Positions 4,951 to 5,760 of a DNA stretch of 5,760 nucleotides are shown in pieces (position 1 is the first letter of the stretch; each line of letters opens with the position of its first letter). Source of the stretch: a virus. The DNA is taken from positions 1 to 5,760 of the IMG/VR virus record IMGVR_UViG_3300045988_116360. One strand, given 5' to 3'. The notes beneath the pieces were generated by a model, which was not told the DNA's origin, searched no databases, and saw nothing but the letters and a program-made list of their open reading frames with translations. The position numbers and the translations under genes were made by a program.

Positions 4951-5760
4951 ATGACTTGCCTACATCCGTTGTTGGCGTCTCCATACGCTCTGCCTAACGA
5001 AAATGGCAAAATAGAGTACAAAGTATGGGGCGCAGTAGAAAAATTCGATACAGAGACTCTGAGGCGCTTTAAAACGGGTTTTCACGCTATTCCTATTCCT
5101 TGCGGTCAGTGTCTTGGCTGTCGCTTGGATAAAGCTAACGAATGGGCTATCCGCTGCGTTCATGAGGCTAAGCTGTATCGCCGTAACTGTTTTATTACTC
5201 TCACTTACAATGATGATAATTTACCAGATGACAATTCCCTTCATCGGGAGCATCTGCAGCTTTTTTTGAAAAGATTGCGCAGGAATTTAGATTATGTTAA
5301 AAGTATCAAAATACGTTTTTTGGCTTGCGGTGAGTACGGGTCTCTTAATATGCGCCCTCATTATCATATACTTGTTTTCGGTTGGTTTCCTTCTGATGTT
5401 CGCAAGCTCTCGGCGCTAACTAGTGGCTATAACCTCTTTCGTTCTCCTCTGCTTGAGAGACTTTGGCCGTATGGCTTTAATACTGTTGGAGCTGTAACTT
5501 TTGAGAGTGCGCGATATGTTGCTAAGTATAGCCTCAAAAAGCAGACTGGTCAAAATGCTGCTATGTACGACCTTCTCGGGATTAAGCCTGAGTTTGTCAG
5601 CTGTTCTCTTAAGCCCGGTATTGGAGCTGATTTTTTTAATCAGTATTGCGAGGATATTATAACGCAAGGTTTTTGTGTTGTTAATGGGCAAAAATTTAAA
5701 ATTCCTGATTATTATCTTAAACTTTTTGAACGTAAAAATCCTGTTTGGTGTCAAATTTAT
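4951..5760 (+). CDS. VP4: Replication initiation protein VP4 (HUH rolling-circle endonuclease), N-terminal 270 codons. The ORF is open to the window end and continues at 1..239. RCR motifs: CFITLTY (motif 1), PHYHILVF (HxH motif 2) and ARYVAKY (catalytic Tyr motif 3, identical to the phiX gpA YVAKY).
   Basis: AAGGAA (4936-4941) precedes ATG 4951. It translates to MTCLHPLL...IPCGQCLGCRL...GEYGSLNMRPHYHILVFGWF...ARYVAKYSLKKQ with no stop up to 5760. The ORF track missed it because no stop lies inside the window. Confidence 0.92.
   Translation, partial: MTCLHPLLASPYALPNENGKIEYKVWGAVEKFDTETLRRFKTGFHAIPIPCGQCLGCRLDKANEWAIRCVHEAKLYRRNCFITLTYNDDNLPDDNSLHREHLQLFLKRLRRNLDYVKSIKIRFLACGEYGSLNMRPHYHILVFGWFPSDVRKLSALTSGYNLFRSPLLERLWPYGFNTVGAVTFESARYVAKYSLKKQTGQNAAMYDLLGIKPEFVSCSLKPGIGADFFNQYCEDIITQGFCVVNGQKFKIPDYYLKLFERKNPVWCQIY

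Noticed and set aside
1-5760. tRNA, rRNA, CRISPR arrays and transposase/IS elements
   Set aside because: I found no cloverleaf-compatible segments and no repeat-spacer arrays. The only direct repeat is the terminal redundancy (1-119 and 5642-5760), which is the circular overlap of the same genome and not an IS-bounded element. No transposase-like or integrase-like ORF is present.

Overview
The window is one complete Microviridae (Gokushovirinae-type) ssDNA phage genome, circularly permuted. Bases 1-119 are identical to 5642-5760, so the unit circle is 5641 bp. All credible genes are on the + strand, as expected for a microvirus. The gene order is: Rep (VP4, split across the window ends), a novel promoter-ORF-terminator cassette, VP5, VP3 (scaffold), VP1 (major capsid, with a Ser/Thr-rich insertion), VP2 (pilot/minor capsid), a novel 87-aa ORF with an N-terminal transmembrane helix, and a 37-aa arginine-rich VP8/J-like DNA-binding protein. 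Two features stand out. First, an autonomous moron-like cassette at 239-698: a consensus sigma70 promoter with phased 10-bp repeats, a 119-aa aromatic-rich ORF of unknown function, and a GC hairpin plus T-run terminator. Second, a perfect 18-bp hairpin in the VP3-VP1 intergenic region whose loop carries ACTTGATA, the core of the phiX174 gpA nick site; a nearby small hairpin carries TTGATAT in its loop. These are candidate replication origins. The membrane ORF after VP2 is a candidate lysis or exclusion protein. No tRNA, rRNA or CRISPR was found. Every family assignment below comes from remembered motifs, not from a search.
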